Source: an uncultured Clostridia bacterium (lineage in GTDB: Bacteria; Bacillota; Clostridia; Christensenellales; UBA1242). From it: a stretch of DNA of 64,000 nucleotides. Made by a program: the position numbers and the translations under genes. The notes beneath the pieces were generated by a model that was not told where the DNA came from, ran no database searches, and worked only from the letters and a program-made list of their open reading frames with translations. The stretch spans positions 294,419 through 358,418 of the forward strand of contig CAKVNM010000001.1 in assembly GCA_934777505.1 (NCBI GenBank), read 5' to 3'. Shown here piece by piece: positions 1 through 8,864 of the stretch; position 1 is the stretch's first letter; each line of letters opens with the position of its first letter.

Positions 1-518
1 TTTTCCGTTTTTTCCCTATTTGTACTGTCAAAGTAATGAGTATAAATCCCTTCCAAAACAATATTTTGACTTTGATTGATATACTCGCAAATCTTCTTAA
101 AAACCTTTATGTTAGATATGCCCAACCTATTCATACCTGTGTTAATTTTAAGATGCACTCTAACTTGTTTATTTAGGCGTTTCGCCACCTTTTCAAGCCT
201 TTTAAGATAGTCCAAACTTGACACGCTAAGGCTAATATTTTGCCTAATAATTTCAGCAAAACTATCACTATTAATCATGTTTAAAACAAGAATTGGCTTT
301 GACGAAACACGGCGAGTTTTAAGTGCCTCAAACTCGTCCGCAACACCAAAAAAATCAACGGTATTCATTATGCCTTTAACCACGCCTTCTATACCGTGGC
401 CGTAAGCGTCAGCCTTGACAATTGCACAGATTTTCACACCATTAAAAAAGCATTTGTAATTCAAAATATTTTGCCGAATATTGCCAGTATAAACTATAAA
501 ATCATTGAGTGAACGCAT
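1..518 (-). CDS. alr: alanine racemase, N-terminal part (runs off window edge)
   Basis: Not in the ORF track. Reverse translation from ATG (516-518) gives MRSLNDFIVYTGNIRQNILNYKCFFNGVKICAIVKADAYGHGIEGV. VKADAYGHG is the PLP-lysine motif of alanine racemase. Confidence 0.85.
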   Translation of the reverse strand, partial: MRSLNDFIVYTGNIRQNILNYKCFFNGVKICAIVKADAYGHGIEGVVKGIMNTVDFFGVADEFEALKTRRVSSKPILVLNMINSDSFAEIIRQNISLSVSSLDYLKRLEKVAKRLNKQVRVHLKINTGMNRLGISNIKVFKKICEYINQSQNIVLEGIYTHYFDSTNREKTE

Positions 519-606
519 ATAAAATATTTATGAAGTTTATCAAAAATATGACAACAAATTTATCTTATTGACATATGGCAGATTTTTCGATATAATTAAA
601 ATTAGT

Positions 607-1092
607 ATGGAAAACGAAAATATTGAAATAAAAGAAAATGAAAATCAAAATTTGACCGAAGAAGTCAAACTAACAAAAAAGCAAAGTTTTATGCAGTTTG
701 TAAAATTTCTTGGCTTCTCACTCTCTGCGGGCATTATTCAGTTTGGCTCGTTTGAACTCATGTATGATGTGTGTGGCTGGAAATCTTGGTGGGCAACCTA
801 TCTTATAAGCCTTGTGCTTTCGGTTTTGTGGAATTTCACATTCAACCGCAAATTCACATTTAAGTCAGCAAGCAACATTCCACTTGCCATGGGACTCGTG
901 CTAATCTATTACTGTGCGTTTACGCCAATCAGCGTGTTTGGTGGACGAGCATTGGAAGGTATCGGCTGGAATGGTACTCTCGTGACGGTTTTAATGATGA
1001 TTTTAAACTTTGCAACCGAATTTGTATGGGACAAGTTTGTGGTATTCAACGAAAAATTCACAAACAAGTTACTAAAAAAGAAAAGCAACTAA
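607..1092 (+). CDS. GtrA-family membrane protein
   Basis: Four hydrophobic segments and a NFTFNRKFTFK motif typical of the GtrA family. First in-frame ATG is at 607 (the track starts at TTG 568). Confidence 0.65.
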   Translation: MENENIEIKENENQNLTEEVKLTKKQSFMQFVKFLGFSLSAGIIQFGSFELMYDVCGWKSWWATYLISLVLSVLWNFTFNRKFTFKSASNIPLAMGLVLIYYCAFTPISVFGGRALEGIGWNGTLVTVLMMILNFATEFVWDKFVVFNEKFTNKLLKKKSN

Positions 1093-1814
1093 TCGGTTGC
1101 TTTTTTCTTGCCAAATTTGTCTATGCTATCGTCTTTGTAATGCACCACAAGTTTTTTGTTATCATACACAGCAAGTGCAATTTTTTTGAGTTCCTTTTTG
1201 TCTGTGATATTCAACTTTTTTAGTAGCCATTCTTGCGAAAGTCCAGCGTTATTTAAACTCGACAACGACATCTTGCCGTCAACAATCAAAATATTAGCAA
1301 GGTGCGCAGGCTTTGTGTTTAGACTTTTTAGGTCATGGATTTCTACGGGAGCGAACTCGCCTTTGGGCATAACGGACAGTTTTCCACTCGGTTCAAAAAT
1401 TGCGTACGCCACTTTGGTTATATCAAAATAGCCTTTTTCTCGAAGCATGGAAAGCAGGTCGTTTATGTCAATGTTTGCTCTGCAAACTTGCTTGTAGTTT
1501 ATCTTGCCTTCGTAAACAAGCGTTGTTGGCTTGCCTTTTAAAACACGCTTTAAAAATATTGCTTTTCTACCCAAGAACGCAACCAGTAGTGCTAAAAGAA
1601 AAAATATTGTCATTGCGATTAGATAGTAGTAAAACGGCTCGGTCAATGTTGACATCTCCGCCGAAATTGAACCAAGTGAAATTCCAACCGTGTAATCAAT
1701 AAATTCCAGTTGTGCAATCTGTTTTTTTCCAAGAATTTTGGAAATGATAAACAAATATACGAACGAAGTCACGGAATTTATTAGTATCCAAACAATAGGT
1801 TTTAATCCAAACAT
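1089..1814 (-). CDS. DUF421 (YetF-like) membrane protein
   Basis: N-terminal TM segments followed by ILGKKQIAQLEFIDY, typical of DUF421. Stop codons overlap convergently with the GtrA gene (CTAA). Confidence 0.65.
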   Translation of the reverse strand: MFGLKPIVWILINSVTSFVYLFIISKILGKKQIAQLEFIDYTVGISLGSISAEMSTLTEPFYYYLIAMTIFFLLALLVAFLGRKAIFLKRVLKGKPTTLVYEGKINYKQVCRANIDINDLLSMLREKGYFDITKVAYAIFEPSGKLSVMPKGEFAPVEIHDLKSLNTKPAHLANILIVDGKMSLSSLNNAGLSQEWLLKKLNITDKKELKKIALAVYDNKKLVVHYKDDSIDKFGKKKATD

Positions 1815-1998
1815 TTTTTAAGTTCTCTTTGCAATTTTATTACTAATTATTCTCTCAAAAAAAGTTTGTTATGCCTAATTTTTTTGAAGAATCACTACTT
1901 TTTTGCATTTTTTATTAAAAAAACAGCCATTTTGACCGTTTTTTTTGAATTTTTAAGTTTAAAGCATATTTTCTTTACTACAACTTATTAAGTCCACA

Positions 1999-2523
1999 CT
2001 ATTCGTTTTTAGCACCGCAGTGAGAGCAAATTTTGCCGTTAATTTCCGCACCACAATACAAGCATTTTTGTTTTGATTGGTCTTGATTTGTAACGACTCC
2101 ATTTGGAACGATTGCCGACCTACTGCCCTTATACTTAATCTTAAATTTTCCAGATTGCTCAAATTTTTCAACTTCTTCAAAAGTGAAAACTTCGCTCGAC
2201 ACATTGCTAATAAGTTCGCCTTTGTCGTTTGTAAAGTTGTATACAACCTTGAAAAGCGGAACATTATTCATTGCACCCATTCCCTTTTTTGAAACATAAG
2301 TTGCAACAGTTTCTTTGCCATTTTTTAAAATTTGCTTGTCAATTATTCTTAAAGCCAGATTTCTAATTCCGCACGCCAGCCCAGCAAAGCCAATTAGCAC
2401 AAAAATAATCAAAAACCACTTGTTTTCAACTTCTGGACTAAAAAGAAATATGAATGGAATCCCACCAAACAGCAATCCCCAAATAATAAAAAATATGTAG
2501 TTAAAGTTTTTGTAAAATTTCAT
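1999..2523 (-). CDS. membrane protein with C-terminal zinc ribbon (DUF3592-like)
   Basis: Two N-terminal TM helices, a beta-rich domain and a C-terminal CLYCGAEINGKICSHCGA zinc ribbon. Confidence 0.5.
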   Translation of the reverse strand: MKFYKNFNYIFFIIWGLLFGGIPFIFLFSPEVENKWFLIIFVLIGFAGLACGIRNLALRIIDKQILKNGKETVATYVSKKGMGAMNNVPLFKVVYNFTNDKGELISNVSSEVFTFEEVEKFEQSGKFKIKYKGSRSAIVPNGVVTNQDQSKQKCLYCGAEINGKICSHCGAKNE

Positions 2524-2923
2524 ATTCTCTCCCGATATTTTTATTCAATATTATCTACTTTTGCAATAAATATAATACAAGACACTAATAAAATATTAAC
2601 ATTAATTTTCAAATCGTTAACAATCAAAACAACTAATATAAATCTATCGCAAAAATTATAAGTTGTGTTCTTGTTTCCAAATCCAATTTTATTATATTAC
2701 ACTTTAACATTTTTACAAAATCAAACAAAGTGCATACATAGAATTTTACTGCACTGAGTAACGAAATATTTAATTAGGTTGAAAATTATAAATCCCTATT
2801 TTTAACTTTTTTAGAATAACACTTTCCTAACTATTTTTAATATGGTTGCTAACTTTTATATATGCTTTCCAGCAGAAATTCAATGAAAATACTGTTTTAT
2901 TAAGAAAAATACTAAAAAACAAT

Positions 2924-2950
2924 AAAAAACACTGAATTTTTCAGTGTTTT
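2924..2950 (-). terminator. intrinsic terminator downstream of hisS
   Basis: AACACTG/CAGTGTT stem followed by a U-run on the minus strand. Confidence 0.6.
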
Positions 2951-2976
2951 TCGTTATTTTGCAAATTTTTTAAAAA

Positions 2977-4233
2977 TTATAGTTCGCCATTATCGTTAAA
3001 GATTTCAACAAATTGAGTGTAGCCAAAAGTGCTGAGTTGTTCCTTTTGGAATTTAACATTTTTGTTTCTTGGAGAAATCATAACAATTTTTCCGCTAGCA
3101 CGAAGTTCGTTTGCTCTTTTGATTGTGCGTTCAAGTTTTTCGGCGTCAACATCTTTACTGATTAAAACAGCAATCTTTTCTTCGTTCGCAAGTGGAAGCA
3201 AATTATTTTCTTTGATAACGGAGATAATTCTCTCGAATCCAATCGAAAATCCGCAAGCGGTTGTTTCCTTTCCAGAATATTTGCCAATCATTTTGTCATA
3301 TCTTCCGCCACCAGCAACAGATGCGTGATAGTTACTAAGTTCAATCTCGAAAATTGGGCCAGTGTAGTAAGACATACCCCTAACCAAAGTTGGGTCAAAC
3401 ACAACCTTGCAGTCCTTTGAAACGATAGCCGATGCGCAACCAATAATCTTGTTTAAGTTGTCGATTGTGGATTCTTCAATAAAGCCGTCTGTTTTGCCTT
3501 TCAAAAATTCCTTGCAATCAATATTTTCGCAAGCGTCTGCAAACATACTGCAATATTTATCAACATCGGCAGGATTAAGTCCAAATTCTAGGAGTGAATT
3601 TTTAACGCCGTCCAAACCAATTTTGTCCATTTTGTCCAAAATAATATAAACAGTGTCGAGTTGGTCTTCTGGGAAGTTACACGATAGAGCCATTGCTTTT
3701 AGAATATTTCTGTCGTTTACTCTAACTTTTAATTCCTTGATGCCAAGTTCGTTAAGCATATTGCAGGTTGCTGTGATAAGTTCGATTTCTGCCAAACTAC
3801 TGCTATCGCCTAAAATATCAATATCGCATTGAGTAAATTGTCTAAATCTACCCTTTTGTGGTCTGTCTGCTCTAAACGATTCGCCGATTTGTAGTGACTT
3901 GAAAGGAAGTGGCAAATTTTCACCATTGTTTGCATAAAATCTTGCAAGTGGAACTGTTAGGTCATATCTTAGTCCGCTATCGCAAAGGTCGTCTTTGTTT
4001 TCTGCCTTGGCAAGTTTTTCGCCCCTTTTCAAAATCTTAAAAATCAAACTTTCGTTTTCGCCACCTTGCTTGTTTGTCAAGTTTTCGATATGTTCGATTA
4101 GTGGCGTGCTGATAAGCATAAATCCAAACTTTTTGTATGTATCTTTAATTTTTCTTAGTGCATATTCCCTGATAGCCATGTCGTTTGGCATTTGTTCAGG
4201 CATACCCTTTACTGGTGTTTTAATAAATTCCAT
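2977..4233 (-). CDS. hisS: histidine--tRNA ligase
   Basis: RYDLTVPLARFYA, FRADRPQKGRFRQF and AGGGRYD class II HisRS motifs. ATG at 4233 (MEFIKTPVKGM) follows GGAGAA. Confidence 0.9.
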   Translation of the reverse strand: MEFIKTPVKGMPEQMPNDMAIREYALRKIKDTYKKFGFMLISTPLIEHIENLTNKQGGENESLIFKILKRGEKLAKAENKDDLCDSGLRYDLTVPLARFYANNGENLPLPFKSLQIGESFRADRPQKGRFRQFTQCDIDILGDSSSLAEIELITATCNMLNELGIKELKVRVNDRNILKAMALSCNFPEDQLDTVYIILDKMDKIGLDGVKNSLLEFGLNPADVDKYCSMFADACENIDCKEFLKGKTDGFIEESTIDNLNKIIGCASAIVSKDCKVVFDPTLVRGMSYYTGPIFEIELSNYHASVAGGGRYDKMIGKYSGKETTACGFSIGFERIISVIKENNLLPLANEEKIAVLISKDVDAEKLERTIKRANELRASGKIVMISPRNKNVKFQKEQLSTFGYTQFVEIFNDNGEL

Positions 4234-4412
4234 TCGTTCTCCTTGTTCGCCTATCAAAAGGCATTTGTAGCAAAATTAGAAAGTTTATTATCAAATAATC
4301 TGCTCCAAGTTTGCTATATTTTTTAATAAAAATAATTTAGCAAAATTAGTGAATTTTGTCAAGCAAATAAAACTGCTTGTGATTGCGTTGATAACTTTAT
4401 AATTTAGGGGTA

Positions 4413-4441
4413 TTGACTTTTATTGCTCTGTTTGATATAAT
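4413..4441 (+). promoter_or_regulatory. sigma-A type promoter (TTGACT-17-TATAAT)
   Basis: Near-consensus -35 and -10 with 17-nt spacing, 34 nt upstream of ATG 4475. Confidence 0.65.
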
Positions 4442-4474
4442 ATGGTCGTAAAATTTTTACAAGGAGATTTTTAC

Positions 4475-5023
4475 ATGAAAAAAATTTATATAGTAAGAGA
4501 TACAGCAAGTGAATATTACTTTGCAGATAAAAAATCAGCATTAAGATTTAAAGAAATGAGCAGTTCACGAACATTAAAAGAACAAACTCTTTATGAAACT
4601 TTTGATGATTACAAAGGCTCTCAAAAAGATTATCAAAAAGAATTACTTTTCGCTATCAAAGAAACAAAAGAACAAATTGACAAATTTAAATCAGGTTACT
4701 TAGAAATTCGCCCAGAAAAAGCAAAAACTGAATATAGAACATACATTGTTTATTCCAAGGATATTGAAACAATCTTGAAAGACAAAAAATTGCCAGAACT
4801 TGTTTACTACTACGAAGCACCTAGTTTTGAAACAGTTAAAAGTGACTTTACAACAAAAGAGTTTGAAAAGCAATATCTTGACACCTACACTACTGCTTGC
4901 AAAAAAGCATTAATGAAATATGAAGAACTAAAAACAAAACTCAAAGATTATAAAGCCGAACTTAAACAGTTACACAATGAAAAGCCTAACAAATCCGCAA
5001 GTGAAAATGCAGATATTCAATAA
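4475..5023 (+). CDS. hypothetical protein, MKK[IV]YIV family paralog A
   Basis: AAGGAGA RBS and ATG at 4475. Clearly alignable by eye to the 5306 ORF along its whole length. C-terminal coiled-coil-like KLKDYKAELKQLHNEK. Confidence 0.75.
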   Translation: MKKIYIVRDTASEYYFADKKSALRFKEMSSSRTLKEQTLYETFDDYKGSQKDYQKELLFAIKETKEQIDKFKSGYLEIRPEKAKTEYRTYIVYSKDIETILKDKKLPELVYYYEAPSFETVKSDFTTKEFEKQYLDTYTTACKKALMKYEELKTKLKDYKAELKQLHNEKPNKSASENADIQ

Positions 5024-5046
5024 CATTTTGTAAATAAAAAACAAAA

Positions 5047-5072
5047 AAGACTGAAAAAATCGGTCTTTTTTT
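5047..5072 (+). terminator. intrinsic terminator
   Basis: AAGACTG-loop-CGGTCTT followed by a T-run. Confidence 0.7.
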
Positions 5073-5244
5073 ATGTTTTTATTGATATTTTTTTAAAAAA
5101 TTAGCATTTTATTAAAAAATATTAGTTTTACAAATTGCAATTTTATATTGATTAAAAGGTGCATTTCGTGCAATGAGTTTATATTTTTTTTGTCTAAATC
5201 TTCGCCTTAACCATTAATCAAAAATGTTGCAAAAACTTTTGATA

Positions 5245-5273
5245 TTGACTTTTATTGCCCTTTTTGATATAAT
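5245..5273 (+). promoter_or_regulatory. sigma-A type promoter (TTGACT-17-TATAAT), duplicate of 4413-4441
   Basis: Same hexamers and nearly the same spacer as the upstream cassette. Confidence 0.65.
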
Positions 5274-5305
5274 GTAGGTATAAATTTTTATAAGGAGAAT
5301 TTAAC

Positions 5306-5836
5306 ATGAAAAAAGTTTACATTGTATATGGCGATGGCGAGTATTACTTTTTCGATAAAGAATCAGCATATAAATTTAAAGATATGCAAGAAGGTATGCG
5401 AATTGAAGAAAGCGTAGTATACGAAAACTTGGAAGATTATAAAAATTATAGAAAAGAAACTTATCAAAAAATGTTACAATCTGCCATTAAAAAGACAGAA
5501 CAATATCTTGACGAGTTTAAATCAGGTTACCTACAAATTTGGCAAGAAAAATATTATATCTATTCAAAAGATATTGAATATGTTTTGACAAACAAACAGT
5601 TACCAAAAGAAGTTTTTTATAATGAACGCTGGGGCGGAACCGAAATCTCAGTTACAGTAAAACAAACAAAGGAGTTTAAGGCGCAATATCTTGATACCTT
5701 TATTAACCTTTGCAAAGAAGAATTGATGAATTATAAGAAACTAAAAAACGACCTAGAAAACTACAAAGCAGAACTTGAACAACTACAAAATGAAAAAATA
5801 GAAAGTTCTACAAACGAAAACACAGATGTTCAATAA
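5306..5836 (+). CDS. hypothetical protein, MKK[IV]YIV family paralog B
   Basis: AAGGAGAA RBS. Paralog of 4475-5023 (shared MKKxYIV, EYYFxDKxSA, FKSGYL, QYLDT, YKAELxQLxNEK). Confidence 0.75.
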   Translation: MKKVYIVYGDGEYYFFDKESAYKFKDMQEGMRIEESVVYENLEDYKNYRKETYQKMLQSAIKKTEQYLDEFKSGYLQIWQEKYYIYSKDIEYVLTNKQLPKEVFYNERWGGTEISVTVKQTKEFKAQYLDTFINLCKEELMNYKKLKNDLENYKAELEQLQNEKIESSTNENTDVQ

Positions 5837-5857
5837 CATTTTTTAAATTAAAACTAA

Positions 5858-5886
5858 AAAGACTTGAAAAAATCGGTCTTTTTTTT
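5858..5886 (+). terminator. intrinsic terminator, duplicate of 5047-5072
   Basis: AAGAC-loop-GTCTT followed by T8. Confidence 0.7.
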
Positions 5887-6597
5887 ACAGTGATTTTTAC
5901 TGTGTTGTTATATTGGTTTTGATTTACACTTGCATGGAGAAGATAAAAATTTTAAACTTGACCTAAACTAATGTTTTAGATATTTAAGCACTGTGGTTGA
6001 TTGCGTAAAAACGGAATATAGAAAATACACCTTAACAAGTTTTGAATCATATTTGTATTTAAATTATTAAAAAAACAGCACAATAGATTTTAAGCATATA
6101 CTACGCTCACCTGCAATTTTTATGGACGAAGTTTTACTAAACCACATTTTGCCTGACCACAATATATCGCCTACGCAAATGCTATCGCAAGAACTGGATT
6201 TAGGATATAACAGAATGATTGCCGTTGACCACGATTTTTTGCAATCTTTGAAAGATAACAAATTGACGAGTCATGTTTTTACAAAACACATAAATATAAT
6301 TCAGGGCGACAAAGACGATTATGTTGACATATTAAAAAATAAGCAATTTTATCAGTCTAACTTTTTGAACTACAATGTGCATACAAAAAAAATTTTACTA
6401 ATTAATTTTGAAATTTACAATTATAAAAATTATTAAAAGAAATTAATTAAGATTCGTTTTCACAATCTAAGACACACTTGCGCAAGTATAATGCTGAAAA
6501 ATAGTGTTTCTATGAAGCAGTTACAAGGTGGCTTGGTCATGCTGACTTCGGCACAATTTTTACAAATTCTATTAGACACTTATGAAATTTGGACATT

Positions 6598-6622
6598 AAA
6601 AAAGCCTTTTAAATAAAGGCTT
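6598..6622 (-). terminator. intrinsic terminator after tRNA-Lys
   Basis: AAGCCTTT/AAAGGCTT stem followed by a U-run on the minus strand. Confidence 0.6.
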
Positions 6623-6625
6623 CAA

Positions 6626-6701
6626 TGGTGGTCCCTCAGGGGCTCGAACCCTGGACCCACTGATTAAGAGTCAGTTGCTCTACCAACTGAGCTAAGGGAC
6701 C
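6626..6701 (-). tRNA. tRNA-Lys (anticodon CUU), CCA encoded
   Basis: Minus strand reads GGTCCCTTAGCTCAGTTGGTAGAGCAACTGACTCTTAATCAGTGGGTCCAGGGTTCGAGCCCCTGAGGGACCACCA. It folds as a cloverleaf with a 7-bp acceptor stem, GTTCGAG T-loop and CT-CTT-AA anticodon loop. Confidence 0.9.
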
Positions 6702-6721
6702 AAATTTTTATTGACTCAATT

Positions 6722-6750
6722 AGTATAATATTAAAAAAACAAAAAGTCAA
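6722..6750 (-). promoter_or_regulatory. promoter of tRNA-Lys (TTGACT-17-TATACT)
   Basis: Hexamers read on the minus strand about 20 nt upstream of the tRNA 5' end. Confidence 0.5.
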
Positions 6751-6850
6751 TATTTTTGAATAATATTTTTAACATAATTTTGATTGATTTATGCGGTCAA
6801 AAAAATTATAATATATGGAGTAATTTATAGTCAAAAATCAGGAGTTAAAA

Positions 6851-7363
6851 ATGGAATACAGAGATTTGTATGACGGAAACCGCATTCCAACGGGAGAAAA
6901 AATCGAAAAAAGCGAGCCTGTTCCAGCGGGAAGATTTTATGTTACCGTTGCCGTTTTTATGCAAAACAGTAAAAATGAATTTCTAATGCAAAGGCGTTCA
7001 AAAGACAAAGGCGGAAAATGGGCAACAACCGGCGGTCACCCAAAGAGTGGCGAAACAAGTTTGCAAGGTATCGTAACAGAAATCAAGGAAGAACTTGGAA
7101 TTGATGTCGACCCAAAAAATCTCATTTTCTATCACACGATAAAAACAAACAAGGACTTTGTTGACTTTTACTATCTTAATCAAGACTTTGACTTAAAAGA
7201 TTTGACGCTTCAAAAAGAAGAAGTGCAAGACGCAAAATGGTTCACGATTGAGGAAATTGAAAATTTGATAAAGAAGGACGACTTTTTCAAATCACACATT
7301 GACTATATTAAGAATTGTTTGGAATTTTTAAGCAAAAACAAAAAAATTGCCTGCTCAAATTAG
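6851..7363 (+). CDS. NUDIX hydrolase
   Basis: Nudix box GGHPKSGETSLQGIVTEIKEELG. AGGAG RBS. Confidence 0.8.
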   Translation: MEYRDLYDGNRIPTGEKIEKSEPVPAGRFYVTVAVFMQNSKNEFLMQRRSKDKGGKWATTGGHPKSGETSLQGIVTEIKEELGIDVDPKNLIFYHTIKTNKDFVDFYYLNQDFDLKDLTLQKEEVQDAKWFTIEEIENLIKKDDFFKSHIDYIKNCLEFLSKNKKIACSN

Positions 7364-7375
7364 CAAGCAATTTTT

Positions 7376-7942
7376 TTAATCTTCAAGCATATCAAGTCGC
7401 TCTTCTCTGTTCGACTGTCTGCTATCTTTTTTGGTCTGTTTATCGATTAGTTCCAAAATCTTGTCGACACTCTCGCCGTTAGCAAGTTTTGTTAAAAGTG
7501 ATTCGTAAAAGAAAAGTTTGTTAGACATATAGTTATATTTTTTTACAATCATGCCATAATCACCTTTCTCAAATTTGTGGAATTGACCGTAGTTGTCTGT
7601 CCAGCCGTTGAAAGGAAATTTGCCTTCGCTAACAATCTTTTTCATTTCGACATAGTCGGTTTCATAAACTCCGTTGGCAAGTTTTAAAATACATATACCT
7701 TCTGCAACGCCCGACTTAATTCTCTTGCAAACACCATAAATTAAATCCACAATTTCCTTTTTTCTATCACGATTAAAGTACTCTGCACAATCAGCATACA
7801 TACTCATTTCTTTAACAGCAAAACAATTGCCGTTATGCTTTTTATTTTGGATTCTTGCAAACGCAAAGGCTTCTTTCTTGCTCTCAAAAGCAACCCAATC
7901 ATTAACAATTACTTGACTAAAAACTATGTAAACTTTTTTCAT
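7376..7942 (-). CDS. hypothetical protein, divergent third member of the MKK[IV]YIV family
   Basis: Begins MKKVYIVF...FESKKEAFAFA, which parallels paralogs A and B. AAGGAGAA RBS and an upstream TTGACA-17-TATAAA. Confidence 0.65.
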   Translation of the reverse strand: MKKVYIVFSQVIVNDWVAFESKKEAFAFARIQNKKHNGNCFAVKEMSMYADCAEYFNRDRKKEIVDLIYGVCKRIKSGVAEGICILKLANGVYETDYVEMKKIVSEGKFPFNGWTDNYGQFHKFEKGDYGMIVKKYNYMSNKLFFYESLLTKLANGESVDKILELIDKQTKKDSRQSNREERLDMLED

Positions 7943-8018
7943 ATCATTCTCCTTAAAATCTTTATATCATTATATGCAAAAGATGTCAATAGAACTCCAA
8001 AAATTTTACAAAAAGTTT

Positions 8019-8864
8019 TTACTTTATTGACTGGTGGATTGTAAAAAAGTTTTTCCAAGGATTTTTGGAAAGATACTTTGTTGCAAGCGAGATATCAAAA
8101 GCATTTGGAGCAAACTTTTCTAGGTCGTTCCACGAAATCGGCATAGAAACAGTTGCGGTTTTTCTAATCCTAACCGAGTACGGCATGACGCAAGTTGCAC
8201 CCTTTTTATTCCTTAAATAATCAACAAAAATTTTGTGTTTGCGATTGACCTTCAAAGTGCTTGTTGTGAAAACTTCGCTCCACTTTTCTTCCAACAGCAA
8301 GGCACACTTTTTAGCAAAGTTATTTACGCTTCTAAAACTCTTTGAGTCTTTGAGCGGGACATAAATATGATAACCTTTGCCACCACTCGTTTTTAAAAAA
8401 CTTTTGAGATTTAGGCTTTGCAAGATTTCCTTTAAATAAAGTACGCCGTGCCTTAGAACATCAAGCGATAATTTTTCGTCAGGGTCTAAGTCAAATATCA
8501 AAATATCGGGAGCGTTAATGCTATTTTGCAAACAGTTCCATGCATGAAATTCGATAGAGCCAAGTTGCACTTGATTTATAAATTGTTCGATATTTTTTAA
8601 AAAAAAGTAGCAATTTTGCTGTTTTTTTGCTCCAAAAAACACTTTTTCAACATTTTCGTTTGGATTTGGGTGCTTTTTGAAAAATTTTTCACTAGGCTTT
8701 CCAGAGTGAAATCTTATAACACTAAGAAGCCTATTTTCAAAAAACGGCTTCATTTTTTTGTATGCCTTTTGATAATATTTTACGATATCAAGTTTAGTAA
8801 TTTTGCCATTTTCAAAAACAATTTTGTCGGGGTGAGTTATCTCTACATTACAAATTTTAGTCAT
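8019..8864 (-). CDS. ligD: NHEJ LigD polymerase/primase (POL) domain protein
   Basis: THPDKIVF...KLDIVKYY...HAW...IFDLDP...SGGKGYHIYVP, matching AEP primase-polymerase motifs of LigD-POL. 8-nt overlap with the upstream ligase gene. Confidence 0.8.
   Translation of the reverse strand: MTKICNVEITHPDKIVFENGKITKLDIVKYYQKAYKKMKPFFENRLLSVIRFHSGKPSEKFFKKHPNPNENVEKVFFGAKKQQNCYFFLKNIEQFINQVQLGSIEFHAWNCLQNSINAPDILIFDLDPDEKLSLDVLRHGVLYLKEILQSLNLKSFLKTSGGKGYHIYVPLKDSKSFRSVNNFAKKCALLLEEKWSEVFTTSTLKVNRKHKIFVDYLRNKKGATCVMPYSVRIRKTATVSMPISWNDLEKFAPNAFDISLATKYLSKNPWKNFFTIHQSIK

Noticed and set aside
1089-1092. Convergent 4-bp stop-codon overlap (CTAA) of the GtrA and DUF421 genes with no terminator between them
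   Set aside because: It is real in the sequence, but it is a common compaction feature and not evidence of a special mechanism.
1026-1702. Plus-strand ORFs 1026-1223, 1156-1431, 1335-1541 and 1400-1702
   Set aside because: All are antisense to the well-supported DUF421 gene and lack RBSs. The same reasoning applies to the many 60-130 aa antisense ORFs inside hisS, asnS, dnaK, dnaJ, rnj, cysS, portal, terL and the other long genes.
2524-2923. 400-bp ORF-free AT-rich spacer (likewise 60837-61216) as a hidden RNA gene or origin
   Set aside because: I could find no conserved RNA motifs, DnaA-box clusters or stable extended hairpins by eye. It probably holds promoter or UTR sequence, and I cannot say more without covariance-model searches.
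6122-6436. 104-aa plus-strand ORF (and antisense 6067-6261)
   Set aside because: It has no RBS, an AT-rich low-complexity C-terminus (NFEIYNYKNY) and no recognisable motif. It is possibly a remnant but is not supportable as a gene.
6598-6760. tRNA-Lys as an integration site of a mobile island
   Set aside because: I found no integrase and no second copy of the tRNA 3' end in the flanking 5 kb, so an att-bounded island cannot be supported from this sequence.
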